Shown in pieces: positions 11,994 through 22,988 of a DNA stretch of 64,000 bases (the first letter of the stretch is position 1; the number at the start of each line of letters is the position of its first letter). The DNA lies in assembly GCA_963841915.1 (NCBI GenBank), contig CAWJEN010000006.1, positions 1,504,001 to 1,568,000 of the forward strand. The letters are read 5' to 3'. The notes below the pieces were generated by a model. That model saw only the letters and a list, made by a program, of their open reading frames with translations, was not told where the DNA came from and made no database searches. A program made the position numbers and the translations under genes. This DNA comes from an uncultured Planctomycetota bacterium. Its GTDB lineage: Bacteria > Planctomycetota > Phycisphaerae > Tepidisphaerales > Tepidisphaeraceae.

Positions 11994-13487
11994 TTAGATG
12001 TTGTGGAACGCCAGCGACTCGACGGCACGCGGGTCTTTGACCGGGCGGAGTTTGACGAGCTTCATCTCGCGTGCGACCCAGGCGACGCTGAGGCCGATGA
12101 CGAGCATGGCACAGCCGAGTTCGACAACCGGCAGCAGTATCCAGCCGCCTTCGAGCATCTCGGGCATGATGAGCCAGTAGAGGTCGACCCAGTGCATGAC
12201 CAGCATCCAGCCGGCCCAGAAGCCCAGAAGTGTCAGGTTCCGCTTGACGTGCCGACTGATGAGGCCGGCGAACGGGATCAGTAGGTGGCCGAACAGCAGC
12301 GTGAGGCTGATAACCGTCCACCAACCGACATTGGCCGGTGAGTCCGGGCCGCCCCACGCGCCCATGCCGAGGTTGCTGGAGACGCTGGTCGCCCCGCGGA
12401 CGCCGAACCAGTAGGTGGTCTCGGGAATGTTGGCGTACCAGATCAGCATGAACTGGCTGAAGGCGACGTAGCCCCAGAAGAACGTGAAGGCGAAGAGGAA
12501 CTTGCCCAGATCGTGGTAGTGCTCGACGGTGACGCTGCGGCCCAGCAGGCCGCCCATCCGCATGAACTGGTACATCAGGATGGTGACGGCAAAGAAGCCG
12601 ACGACGCCACCGCCGAAGATGTAACCGCCGAAGATGGTCGAAAAGAAGTGCGGGTCGAGGCTCATCACCAGGTCGAAGCTGGCGAAGGTGAGCGTCAATG
12701 CGTAGAGGACGAGCCCGCCATAGCTGGCGGCAGTCATCTGCTTCGTGTGCGCCGGATCGCCGTCCGAATCCTGCTTGACGCTGCGGCGGTAGAAGTAGCC
12801 CGCCAAAGCGATCCAGGCGGCGAAGTAGATCACCATCCGAACGGCAAAAAACGGCCGATTCAGGTAGCCGGCCTTGGCCTTCGTGAGCTTGTCGTAGTGG
12901 TATGCGTGGTGCTGGGCACGCTCGACGGTAATGGTCTGGGTCGTCAGAACGTGATCGCCCGCCGAGGCGTCGTCGTAGGCGGGGTTGTCGAGGCCGGTGC
13001 CGGTGGCGAGGTTCTCGGCCCCGGCTTCTGCAGGGGCTTCCTCGTTCTCGTGGTCCTCGCTGTGCTCCTCGCCGTGATGACCATCTTCATCGACAAAAAC
13101 CGCCCACGGGTAAAGCGTGGGGTGCCCTACGTCGCCGGGAATGACGAGGCTCGCCAGGATCGGGATGACCAGCACCGCCAGCAGCGGAAACAGCCGCGTC
13201 AGCAACTCGGGCATCCGCCGGACGTTGACGCTCCAGCCGGCTTTTGTCGCGTGCTGGAGCAGGACGAAGAAGAGCGCGCCGAGCGCGATCGTCAGGACGA
13301 ACATGTAGCTGACGAGGTACGACAGCATCAACCGCCTGAGCCCGCCGAAAAAGAACATGCCGATGACGGCGACGACCAGCCCCGCCACGGCGATGGCGAC
13401 CGAGACGCCGAAAATGCGGTCGGCCTTGGCGGGCGCGATCGTCAGCGGCTCGTCGGCGAAGTCGGCGGTGGTAACGTGGGCGGCCAC
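11994..13487 (-). CDS. actF: Alternative complex III subunit F
   Basis: Polytopic membrane protein with K.GYLNRPFF..R, FDLVMSLDPHFFSTIFG, EHYHDLGKFLFAF, SQFMLIWYANIPE. Confidence 0.9.
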   Translation of the reverse strand: MAAHVTTADFADEPLTIAPAKADRIFGVSVAIAVAGLVVAVIGMFFFGGLRRLMLSYLVSYMFVLTIALGALFFVLLQHATKAGWSVNVRRMPELLTRLFPLLAVLVIPILASLVIPGDVGHPTLYPWAVFVDEDGHHGEEHSEDHENEEAPAEAGAENLATGTGLDNPAYDDASAGDHVLTTQTITVERAQHHAYHYDKLTKAKAGYLNRPFFAVRMVIYFAAWIALAGYFYRRSVKQDSDGDPAHTKQMTAASYGGLVLYALTLTFASFDLVMSLDPHFFSTIFGGYIFGGGVVGFFAVTILMYQFMRMGGLLGRSVTVEHYHDLGKFLFAFTFFWGYVAFSQFMLIWYANIPETTYWFGVRGATSVSSNLGMGAWGGPDSPANVGWWTVISLTLLFGHLLIPFAGLISRHVKRNLTLLGFWAGWMLVMHWVDLYWLIMPEMLEGGWILLPVVELGCAMLVIGLSVAWVAREMKLVKLRPVKDPRAVESLAFHNI

Positions 13488-13549
13488 TGTGGCAGGGTTC
13501 CTTGGGAAAAACAGGCAGGTTCAGGCGTCGGCTCGGTCGCTCTACAGGC

Positions 13550-14428
13550 TCACTCGGACACGGTCTCGTCGGCGTCGATCATCGGGGCCGACTGGTCGGC
13601 ACCGGCGTTGCTCTCTTCTGCCTGGATGATCGCCAGCTTCGCCTGACCGCTCAGCAGCGTCGGCTGAACCGGCACGCCGTCGACGTCGTCGGGCCACAGG
13701 TCCTGCGGGGCGTTCTGGCTCATTTGCAACGCCCGCACGTAGGCGACGATCGCCCAGCGGTCGGCCGGATCGGGGATCGCGTGGCCGTAGCCGGCCATGT
13801 TGCGGATGCCGATGTTGATCGTGTTGTAGAGGTGTCCGTCGGGGCGGCCGACGCGGACCTCGTCGTGCATCGACGAAGGGGCGACCCACTTGGGGTTCTT
13901 GTTGACGTTGCCCGATGCGCGGACGTGGACCGGACCGTTGCCGTACCCGTCGTAGCCGTGGCAGAGGTAGCAGTAGCGGGCCCACAGCTCTTTGCCGGTG
14001 GCCATCAGTTCGGGCGTGACGTCGACCGGAATCTTGTCAGCCCAGATGACCTGGCCGTCCTGCATCTCGAAGCCGGCGACGAGCATGTCATCGGCGTCGA
14101 GCTGGCCCCGGGCGACCGCACCGGCGATCGGCGGGCGGTTGGACATCTCGTTGGCGAAGAACGGGTTCTGGCTCTGGGCCTTGAACTTCGCCTGGTTGTC
14201 CATGTCCTGGAAGATGTGGATCCGCGGCTGCGAGCTTTTGGAGAACTTGGCCCGGACGGCAAACGCCAGCGGGATCCACGACGCGACGACCGCTGCCACG
14301 ACGACGTAGACCAGCCACGCCGGCACGCCGTTGAACCGCAACACGCCACGGGCGGCCATCAGGGTTGCAGGGCTGTTGGCAGACAACGCCTGATCGACCT
14401 GCTTGTTGATGAGATCCTGTGCGGGCAT
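13550..14428 (-). CDS. actE: Alternative complex III monoheme cytochrome c subunit E
   Basis: QDMDNQAKFKAQ..NPFF, CYLCHG heme motif, DRWAIVAYVRALQ; probable start ATG 14428. Confidence 0.88.
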   Translation of the reverse strand: MPAQDLINKQVDQALSANSPATLMAARGVLRFNGVPAWLVYVVVAAVVASWIPLAFAVRAKFSKSSQPRIHIFQDMDNQAKFKAQSQNPFFANEMSNRPPIAGAVARGQLDADDMLVAGFEMQDGQVIWADKIPVDVTPELMATGKELWARYCYLCHGYDGYGNGPVHVRASGNVNKNPKWVAPSSMHDEVRVGRPDGHLYNTINIGIRNMAGYGHAIPDPADRWAIVAYVRALQMSQNAPQDLWPDDVDGVPVQPTLLSGQAKLAIIQAEESNAGADQSAPMIDADETVSE

Positions 14429-14489
14429 GAGGCGGAGTAAGTATCGAGAGACGAGGAACGAGTAACGAGAGCCCGAGGCAGAACCAGCA

Positions 14490-15116
14490 TTAGTCGATGA
14501 CGCGCTCGACGGCGAGCGCGCCCGTCTCATTCAGCAGATTTTCGGTGGCCGACGTGTCGAAGCGCGGGTCGGTGGCGTCGATGACGACGAAGAAGCGGTC
14601 GTCGGTCACCCGGCGGAACCTTTCGCTGCGGAGCAGCGGGTTGTAGAGCATCGGCAGCGCGTTCAGAGCGATCATGCCGAGGCCTGCCGAGAACGCGGCG
14701 AGCAGGATCGTCGTCTCGAAGATCACCGGAATGAACTGAGGCAGCGACCACATCGGCTTACCGCTAATGAGGTATGTGTACCCCTGCAGCCCGCCGGCCC
14801 AGTTGAAGCTGGTGCTCATCGACCAGACCGTTAGGAACAGCCCGCCGGTGAGCCCGGCGAGCCCACCGCCGAGGCAGATCCAGGGGAGGATGGTCGGGCG
14901 GAGGTTCATCGCCTTCTCGATGCCGTGGATCGGGAATGGGCTGTGCACGTCCCACCGCGTGTAGCCGGCGTCACGCACCTTCTCCGCGGCGGCGTAGACG
15001 CTGTCGACGTCCTCGTACTCCGCCAGCACGCCGGCCAGTACCGGCGTCTCGTCCATCGACGTGATGTCCGGGACGCGCTGGTCGTTGGCGAGGGTTGTGT
15101 AGTCGGCGGTGGCCAT
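14490..15116 (-). CDS. actD: Alternative complex III subunit D (DUF3341)
   Basis: DVHSPFPIHG, ISGKPMWSLPQFIPVIFETTIL, TDDRFFV. Confidence 0.9.
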   Translation of the reverse strand: MATADYTTLANDQRVPDITSMDETPVLAGVLAEYEDVDSVYAAAEKVRDAGYTRWDVHSPFPIHGIEKAMNLRPTILPWICLGGGLAGLTGGLFLTVWSMSTSFNWAGGLQGYTYLISGKPMWSLPQFIPVIFETTILLAAFSAGLGMIALNALPMLYNPLLRSERFRRVTDDRFFVVIDATDPRFDTSATENLLNETGALAVERVID

Positions 15117-15167
15117 TCGGCGGAAGGAACGAGAGATAAGGAACGAGGAACGAGAGGCAGACTCAGA

Positions 15168-16748
15168 TCACTGACCGACGGCTTGCTCGGCGTCGGTGCG
15201 GGCCGGACGCATGTCGTTGCTTTCGAGGTGCTCGGCCTGCTCGTGCTTGTTGTGGCCGACGTGCGCCTGCGGCATCACGGTCTTGACCTCGGCCATCGCG
15301 ATGATCGGGCCGAACTTGATGAACAGGAGCATGTTGCTCAGGAAGAACCCGAACGTGCCGAAGAACATCGCCATGTCGATGTACGTCGGGCTGAAGTCGG
15401 CCCAGCTGCTGGGCAGAAAGTCGCGCGTCAGGCTCGTGATAATGATGACGAAGCGCTCGAACCACATGCCGATGTTGGCGCACATGGCGCAGAACATGAC
15501 GACGACGAGGTTCTTCCGCAGCTTCGGGAACCACAGCAGGCTCGGGAAGAAGACGTTGCACGAGAACATCGTCCAGAACGCCCAGGAGAAGTTACCGATC
15601 GGGCGGTTCATGAAGGTGAACTGCTCGTAGGCGACGCCTGAGTACCAGGCGATGAAGAATTCGACGGTGTAGGCGTAGGAGACGATCAGGCCGGTCGCCA
15701 ACATGATTTTGCACATGTTGTCGATGTGCCGAAGCGTGATGAGGCCCTTGAGCCCGAACCATTCGCGGGCCGGGATGGCCAGCGTCAGCACCATCGCAAA
15801 GCCGCCGAACACGGCACCGGCGACGAAGTAGGGCGGGAAGATCGTCGTGTGCCAGCCGGGAAGCTGCGACACTGCAAAGTCGAACGACACGACCGAGTGG
15901 ACCGAAAGCACCAGCGGCGTCGCCAGGGCGGCGAGCAGGAGGTACATCTTCTCAAATCGCCACCAGTGACGTGACGAGCCGGTCCAGCCGAGGCTGAGCG
16001 TGCCGTAGATCGCCTGACCGATCTTGTTCTTGCAGCGGTCGCGGAGCGTCGCCAGGTCCGGCACCATGCCGACGTACCAGAACAGGGCCGACACCGACGC
16101 GTAGGTCGAGACGGCAAAGACGTCCCACATCAGCGGCGACCGGAACTGCGGCCACATGGCCATCTGGTTCGGGTACGGGAACAGCCAGTACGCCAACCAC
16201 GGCCGACCGACGTGCAGGCCCGGATAGATGCCCGCGCAGCCGACGGCGAAGATCGTCATCGCTTCTGCGAAGCGGTTGATTGAGGTGCGCCAATCCTGCC
16301 TGAGCAGGAAGAGGATGGCTGAAATGAGCGTGCCCGCGTGGCCGATGCCGACCCAGAAGACGAAGTTCACGATCGGCCAGCCCCAGGCGACGGTGTTGTT
16401 GTTGCCCCAGACGCCCGGTCCGGTGAGCAGCAGGTACAGGACGCTGCCGCCGAGGAACATCGTGGTGATGCCACCTGCGGTGAGGAACAGGATCAGCCAC
16501 GGCCAGTCGGGGCCGCGGAGGTTGAAGTCGGTGACGGTGTCGGTGACGTCGCGGAACGTCTTGTGGTTGAGGACGAGCGGCTCGCGACGGCCTGGGACGT
16601 CGGCGGTGTTGTCGACCTCGCGATTGCGCTCGCCGAACGACTGGCGTGGCGGCTCGGCGGGGAGCGTGACGGTGTCGTCGCGCGGGTCTCGCGCTTCGGC
16701 AGGGCGGTTGACGCCGAGGAGGTCGGGATGGGTGTCGATCGTCGCCAT
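15168..16748 (-). CDS. actC: Alternative complex III subunit C (NrfD/PsrC family)
   Basis: [73 protein letters not shown]. Confidence 0.95.
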   Translation of the reverse strand: MATIDTHPDLLGVNRPAEARDPRDDTVTLPAEPPRQSFGERNREVDNTADVPGRREPLVLNHKTFRDVTDTVTDFNLRGPDWPWLILFLTAGGITTMFLGGSVLYLLLTGPGVWGNNNTVAWGWPIVNFVFWVGIGHAGTLISAILFLLRQDWRTSINRFAEAMTIFAVGCAGIYPGLHVGRPWLAYWLFPYPNQMAMWPQFRSPLMWDVFAVSTYASVSALFWYVGMVPDLATLRDRCKNKIGQAIYGTLSLGWTGSSRHWWRFEKMYLLLAALATPLVLSVHSVVSFDFAVSQLPGWHTTIFPPYFVAGAVFGGFAMVLTLAIPAREWFGLKGLITLRHIDNMCKIMLATGLIVSYAYTVEFFIAWYSGVAYEQFTFMNRPIGNFSWAFWTMFSCNVFFPSLLWFPKLRKNLVVVMFCAMCANIGMWFERFVIIITSLTRDFLPSSWADFSPTYIDMAMFFGTFGFFLSNMLLFIKFGPIIAMAEVKTVMPQAHVGHNKHEQAEHLESNDMRPARTDAEQAVGQ

Positions 16749-16845
16749 AACTCGCTGTGCCGGGTAAGTCGCCCTTGTGTGGGCCAATCGTCTGTCATCC
16801 GCCGCCTGTTGCTGATCACGAGGCCGAATTCATCGGTCGGGTGGC

Positions 16846-19800
16846 TCAGCCGTTGGTCGTCTCTTGGAGTTGCGTCTCGTGATGCTCGCCGTAGTCGTCG
16901 CCTTCTGCGTGAGCCGTCTCCGGCTGGTTACGGAGCTTGGCGAGGTAGCGGGTCCGCGGCCGGGTGTTGAGGTCGTCGAGGACGCCGAACGCGCGCGGCT
17001 GCTTCTGATCTCGGCTGACGCGAGCGGTCTGGTCGTTGAGGTTGCCGAAGACGATGGCCTCGGTCGGGCACGCCTGCTGGCAGGCGGTCTTGATGTCGCC
17101 GTCTTTGACCGTTTCGCCGCGATTCTTGCGGTAGATGGTCTGCGACTTGATGCGTTGGGTGCAGTAGGTGCACTTTTCCATGACGCCCCGCATGCGGACG
17201 GTAACGTCAGGGTTAAAGACCATCTGCTTGACGACATCGATGCCGGCCTGCTGTTGCTGGTCGGGGATGCCGACGAACGTGGCATCGAGCGTGCTGCCCT
17301 TGGGCGTCTTGTAGTGGTAGTCGAGATAGTTGAACCGGCGGACCTTGTACGGGCAGTTGTTGCTGCAGTACCGGGTGCCGATGCACCGGTTGTAGACCAT
17401 CGTGTTGAGGCCTTCGGTGTCGTGCACGGTGGCAGCGACGGGGCAGACCTGCTCACACGGAGCGTTCTCACAGTGGACGCACATCATCGGCTGCCAGACG
17501 ACGTCGGGCGAGGCATCGTTCTGCTTCTCGTCGACAGTCTTGCCGTCACCTTTGAAGTAGCGGTCGATGCGCAGCCAGTGCATCTCGCGGTTGTTGAGGA
17601 CCGACTCTTTACCGACGACTGGGATGTTGTTCTCGCTCTGGCAAGCGACGACGCACGCGCTGCAGCCGGTGCAGGCGTTCATGTCGATCGACATGCCCCA
17701 GGCGTGCGGGTAGTTGAACTCGCTGGGCGGCTGGAAGATCTGCAGCGTGACACCCGCGTAGTCGTAGTGCTCCTTCGTCGGGTGCTTGAGGCCCTTGGGC
17801 TTGGGCTTGCCGGCCAGGTCCGCAACCTGGTTCAGGTAGGCGGCGTGGCGGTCGAAGGTCGTCTCGCGGATGATCTTGCCGTCTTCACCCTTCTTGCCGA
17901 CGCGTTTCTCGCGGCCTTTGTAGCCGGTGTCATCGATGAGGTGGTGGTTCTGCGTCATCGCCAGCACGTACCGATCGCCGGTCTTCTCGACGGCGGCACC
18001 GGTGGCGTAGGCAAGGTTGCCGGTCGTGCGGAGCTGATACGTGTCGAAGCCGCCACCGGTCGATTCGGCGTCTTCGCCGACGACGGCAAGGCTGCCACCG
18101 ACGCGGCGGCCGTAGCCCAGAGGCAAGCCGATGACGCCACGCGGCTGACCGGGCATGACGTAGACGGCGATCGTCAGCTCACGGCCGTTGACGCTGATGG
18201 TGACGAGGTCGTTCGTCCTGATGCCCAGCTCGTCGGCGTCGGCGAGGTTCATCATCGCCGCGTTGTCCCAGCAGAGCTTTGTCAGCGGGTCGGGCAGCTC
18301 CTGCAGCCAGCCGTTGTTGGCAAAGCGGCCGTCGTACACGCTGGCGTCGGGGACGAAGCACAGCTCGAACGTGTCGATCGTGACGACGCCGTCGGGATCA
18401 ACAGCCTGCGTGTCAACGAGCACAAAATCCGGCTTTTCGACCGCGTCATCACCACTTGCGATCGCGGGCTCGACTGCCTCGGCGGCGGAGTCGCCGAGGA
18501 TGCCGTCATGGAGGAACTTGCGGAACGCCTTCTCGTCGAACCCGCCCGTCAGCTCGCCGAAGGTCTCGCGGACGAGCGTGTAGCCGTCAATCGCCTCGAG
18601 CCCGAGCACGCGGGCCAAGAGCTCGATCGGCGAGACGCCGTTGAACAGAGGCAGAATCAGCGGCTGCTGCGGGGCAACGGTGCCGTCGAAGCCGCGGGTA
18701 TCGCCCCAGCACTCGAGGAAGTGAGCCCGCGGGACGTGGCAGGTGACGGCCAGGCCCGTCTCGTTGAGGTCGGGCGACAGGTGGACGCTCGTGTCGACGC
18801 TGCTGATGAGCGTGGCGACGTCGAGGTCGGCCGGTGCGTCGTAGACAGGGTTGCCGCCGAGGATGACCAGGGCGTCGACCTGGCCGCGGCTGAGCTTGTT
18901 TGCGAGTTCAACGATCGTGCCGCCCGCTTCGACGGGGTCGGCGATGTAGGTGACGGTCGTGCCGACGCTGCCGAGCTTGGCGTTGATGGCGTCGGCGAGA
19001 CGCCGAACCGCGGCAGGCGTCTGCGGACCGGCGGCAACGAGCGCTTCACCGCCTGCGGCCTGGAGGTCGGCGGCGACTTCCTTGGCAAAAGCCGTCATCG
19101 CAGGCGTCGCCTCGCCGGCCGTTCCGCCTTCGACACCCAATTCGCCGGCCACGAGAGTGGCAAAGGTCGCCAGATCCGACGGCTTGCACGGCAGGCGACG
19201 GTCGGCACTGGCGCCCGTCAGCGAGTAGCCGCACTCGACCTGGTAGCACCGGCTCATGACCGGGTTGCCTTCGTCGTCGGCCGTGGCGCGGAGGGTCGAC
19301 CAGTCGGCCGAGTAGCGGGTGTGGCCCGGATGGCTGCCGAGATAGTCGCAGTCGAGGCCGAGTACGACGCGGGCCTTGTCGAACTTGAACAACGGCAGCG
19401 TGCCGCCGCTGGTCTGACGCAGCGGCTCCCACGTGTGCCACGCGCCGTCGGGCAACTGCTTGAGCAGCCGTAGGAACGTCGGCGACGCGGTCGCCTCGGC
19501 CAGGACGGCAAGCTTGCCCGCCGCCAATGCGGCCTGCAGTTTGGGCAGCACGGCGGCGTCGAAATAGTCGGCGTCTCGGGCAACCGGACTGCCGCCCGTG
19601 ATATCGAGGACGAAACGGCTTCGCTCAGGGTCGTACAGGCTCAGCGGCTGGGCCTGGGCGTAGGCGTCGGCACTGCCCCAGCCCATCGACGGCTGATCGG
19701 GCGTGACGGCCTCGTCGGCCTTGACGCTGCGGGTGCGATTGTACGGGTGACTGGGGTTGCCCTCAATCTTGATCGGGCGGCCGTCGAAGCTCTCGGCCAG

Positions 19801-20146
19801 CAGGCCACTTCCGACGCCGGCCACCTCCCAGCTCGTCGCATAAAACTCCGGCACGCCCGGCACCAGCTCGTTCGGCTGGTGCGCAGTACGGCGCGATGAC
19901 TTCCTTAGGCCACCGCCGGCAACCGGACAGGCCCACGCCTGCCAACGCCATAGATGCGGCGGCATACTTCAGGAACCGACGCCGACTCAGCGACCGGATC
20001 ACCTCCGGGTCGTACTTCTGGAACTCCTTGTCGAGCGCCTCAGCCACCTCCGGAGAGTCGGCCAAGTGCTCAAAGCTCTGCCAGTACGTCCGGCCGGTCA
20101 AAGCGGACCCAGAGGCGTCGGAAAGTTGGGTGGTGGAGTCGCTCAA
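16846..20146 (-). CDS. actB: Alternative complex III subunit B (Tat-exported molybdopterin-oxidoreductase-like domain plus Fe-S domain); frameshift near 19885
   Basis: ORF 19763-20146 carries YWQSFEHL and the Tat motif SRRRFLK. It joins ORF 16846-19965 (DGRPIKIEGNP, CTGCSACVVAC, CVHCENAPC, CIGTRYCSNNC, EKCTYC) if one base is removed. Confidence 0.93.
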
Positions 20147-20203
20147 GAGTCGGTCGACGTGAAAGGCAGGTGAATCGGTGCGGAACGAAGCGGGGCAGAC
20201 AAC

Positions 20204-20986
20204 CTAGCGGTGGCAGGTGCTGCAAGCCTGCATGTAGGCCTCGTCCTTGATGTTGTACTTTTCCTTAAGGATCCGGCCGACGCGAAGCTGGGCTTGTTCG
20301 ATCGTCTCGTCGCCTTCGGTCTGCAGGTCGCTCGGGCCGTGGCCGAGGTGGTAGGTCATGCTCGTGACCTGATCCTTGGGCCGCAGGTACTTCTCAGGCT
20401 CGCGGTGGCACTGCAGGCACCAACCCATGTTCAGCGGCTGGGCCTGGTAGACCTTTTCCATCTGGTCCATGCGGCCGTGGCACGAGTAGCAACCGACGCC
20501 CGCATTGACGTGGGCCGAGTGATTGAAATAGCTGTAGTCGGCCAGGTCGTGGACCTTGATCCACTCGATCGGCTCGCCCGTCTCCCAGGAGTCGTAGACG
20601 GTCGTCAGCGTCGGGCTGTTCGTCGCCACGTTGCTGTGGCAGTTCATGCACGTCTGCGTCGGTGGCACCGCGGCGAAGGCGGCCTTCTCGACCGTCGTGT
20701 GGCAGTACTTGCAGTCCATGCCGAGCTGGCCGACGTGCAACGCGTGGCTGTAGGCGACCGGCTGCTCGGGCTGATAGCCGACATTGAGCGTGTCGGGGTG
20801 CATCGCCAAGCCCGCAAACGTCGGGGCGTACAACGCGCCGCCGCCTCCGGCGACGACAATGAGGGGCAACAGGAAGTTGACCCACCGCGGGAAGACAAAC
20901 CGCGAGCCACCGCCCGAGGCGTAGGCGACGGTGCCGGCTCGGGTCTCACGGTCTCCGTCTTGCGCTGGCTGCTGGTAATCGCTCAT
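20204..20986 (-). CDS. actA: Alternative complex III pentaheme cytochrome c subunit A
   Basis: TM anchor, GYQPEQPVAYSH and five CxxCH motifs (CKYCH, CMNCH, CYSCH, CLQCH, CSTCH). Confidence 0.95.
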   Translation of the reverse strand: MSDYQQPAQDGDRETRAGTVAYASGGGSRFVFPRWVNFLLPLIVVAGGGGALYAPTFAGLAMHPDTLNVGYQPEQPVAYSHALHVGQLGMDCKYCHTTVEKAAFAAVPPTQTCMNCHSNVATNSPTLTTVYDSWETGEPIEWIKVHDLADYSYFNHSAHVNAGVGCYSCHGRMDQMEKVYQAQPLNMGWCLQCHREPEKYLRPKDQVTSMTYHLGHGPSDLQTEGDETIEQAQLRVGRILKEKYNIKDEAYMQACSTCHR

Positions 20987-21112
20987 GGGGTCAACGTCGC
21001 TGGGTCACCGCGGCCACCTGTGCGGCCGTCGCGTACGGCCGCCTGCAGAGGGTTGGTCATTAGATGCTGTTCATCGACCTGCCGCAACCACCGGCATGCA
21101 CCTTTTGATGCG

Positions 21113-21580
21113 TCACCTCGCCACAGCGGCAATTTCTTTACTTTCAGCGAGTTTTTCATAAGCGCCCACCATGTCGGGGACCGGCTCAATCGCCTCGCCA
21201 CGCCCACCCGCGTCGACGGCCAGCACGCGGGTCACGTTCCGCCGCTGACCGACCCCGCCGATGACGTAGTCGACTCGTGCGATCGTACGGGATTCGTCCG
21301 CCCAGGCATCGCTGACACGGACCCCCGACGCTCCGACATGCGGCAATACATCGGCGGGAACCGTCGGCGGCGGGGCCGGCTTGTACTGATGTGCCTCCAT
21401 CACCGCTCGAAGTCGCTTCTTGTACCGCAGCCGGACGATGCCATACGCCGCCACCACGCCGCCGACGATCAGGACGGCTGCGACCAGCACCCAGATCGGC
21501 GAGACGAGCGGCACGACGCTTGATCTACTTCGGCTCTTCGTAGGTGCCCGGGTCGTCCTGATCACCGACCGGTCGCACAA
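21113..21580 (-). CDS. Hypothetical membrane-anchored protein (start uncertain, probably near 21515)
   Basis: One strong TM helix followed by a soluble domain; co-oriented with its neighbours. Confidence 0.5.
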   Translation of the reverse strand: MCDRSVIRTTRAPTKSRSRSSVVPLVSPIWVLVAAVLIVGGVVAAYGIVRLRYKKRLRAVMEAHQYKPAPPPTVPADVLPHVGASGVRVSDAWADESRTIARVDYVIGGVGQRRNVTRVLAVDAGGRGEAIEPVPDMVGAYEKLAESKEIAAVAR

Positions 21581-22103
21581 GGGCGTGACCGTTGGGCGTC
21601 ATCGACAAGAAGACCATGAACGCCAACAGGCTGGTAAACAGGTTGCCGACCTCGCGGGTCAGGGCCAGCCCGATGAACCCGAGCACGCCACCGATGACGA
21701 GCGGAATCCAGACCGCCATCCAGCCGCGGAGGTAGTTACCCGGCGGCACGACGCCGCCTTCGTAGTAGTTGATCCAAAGCTTGCGCCGGGCGTAGAAGGC
21801 CAGGGGAAGGGCAACCCCCACGAACGTCAGTCCGCCGATGAGGAAGATGATGCCCGGCCAGGTCGAGCCCGCGCCCGCCGTATTTTGGATCACGCGGTCG
21901 TTACCGGTGAAGATCAGGAAGAAGATCGACGCGATCATCGCCGCCGGCGGAATCAGGGCCAGGCCGATGTACGTCACCCACGCCATTCGCAGGGCAAGAC
22001 CCGCTTCGTCGAGCGGGATCACGATCGGCCGCTTATTCGGCCGGCTCACGTCCGGATTGGCGGCGTCGGGAGCGGTCGAGACGGTGGCGGTGGCGGTGGA
22101 CAT
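21525..22103 (-). CDS. Hypothetical integral membrane protein
   Basis: Four hydrophobic segments, 192 aa. Confidence 0.7.
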   Translation of the reverse strand: MSTATATVSTAPDAANPDVSRPNKRPIVIPLDEAGLALRMAWVTYIGLALIPPAAMIASIFFLIFTGNDRVIQNTAGAGSTWPGIIFLIGGLTFVGVALPLAFYARRKLWINYYEGGVVPPGNYLRGWMAVWIPLVIGGVLGFIGLALTREVGNLFTSLLAFMVFLSMTPNGHALVRPVGDQDDPGTYEEPK

Positions 22104-22142
22104 GGAAGACGAACGGTGACGGACAAAGGTAGGACCACGCGG

Positions 22143-22832
22143 CTAGGGCAGTGCCGCCGGTTCTGTAGTTGGTATATCGGCATCGTCACCGCCGGGCAAT
22201 GCCGACAGGTCGATCGCGTCGCTACGCCGCACCTCGTCGCGGTCCCAGCTCAGCGACAGCACGCCTGTTTCGCCGCCCGTTACGCGCACCACTGCCACCC
22301 GCCGCGGCGGGGCGGCGTAGCCCGCAAAGCCCTCCACCGTCGTCAGAGGCGGCCCTTTCTGCAGCTCGCGTCGCACCTCAGTCGGCACGTCCACGACCTC
22401 GACGACCTGAGCCTCGATCGTCTGCCCGCCGAGCGTGCCGGTGATGTTGCTGGCGTCGGGGCCGTCGACGTGCTGCCAGATCAGGACGTACCAGCCGTCT
22501 TTTCCGCGGCCCAGGGCTTCGAGGCGGAAGTCATGACCGATCAGCGGTGACGGTCTGCCACCTGCGCCGCCCAGCCGTTGCGCCGGGCGATCGAGGTGCT
22601 TTTGAGCCATGCCATCAACGAAGCTGACCACCTTCGGCGTCGCCAGCCGGATCGTCTTGCCCGACGCACCGACCGGGTTGAGGTAGACGGTCGCCACCTT
22701 GGCCGTCGGCGGTGAGGCGTTGAGCCCACCTGTGCCGCGCAAAGCTTTGGTCGTCAGGATGATCATGCCCGGTGCCGACAAGGCCAGCAGAACGATCAGG
22801 AAAATCAGGTTGAACCGGGCCTCACGCGTCAC
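22143..22832 (-). CDS. Hypothetical exported or membrane-anchored protein
   Basis: N-terminal hydrophobic helix (RFNLIFLIVLLALSAPG); TACGCT box 6 nt upstream of the GTG. Confidence 0.65.
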   Translation of the reverse strand: MTREARFNLIFLIVLLALSAPGMIILTTKALRGTGGLNASPPTAKVATVYLNPVGASGKTIRLATPKVVSFVDGMAQKHLDRPAQRLGGAGGRPSPLIGHDFRLEALGRGKDGWYVLIWQHVDGPDASNITGTLGGQTIEAQVVEVVDVPTEVRRELQKGPPLTTVEGFAGYAAPPRRVAVVRVTGGETGVLSLSWDRDEVRRSDAIDLSALPGGDDADIPTTEPAALP

Positions 22833-22988
22833 GCCCTTAGCGTACGAGGCGGCAAGCCGACCCGCTTCAACAACGCCGAGTCACTGGTGCCACACCTTCC
22901 CCTTCGAAAGAAGATGTGGCATCGAGCGTCGGATTGATTCTGTCTGGCGACTGGCGAAGACCGGCTGCTCTCTTGTAACCTGCCGGCG

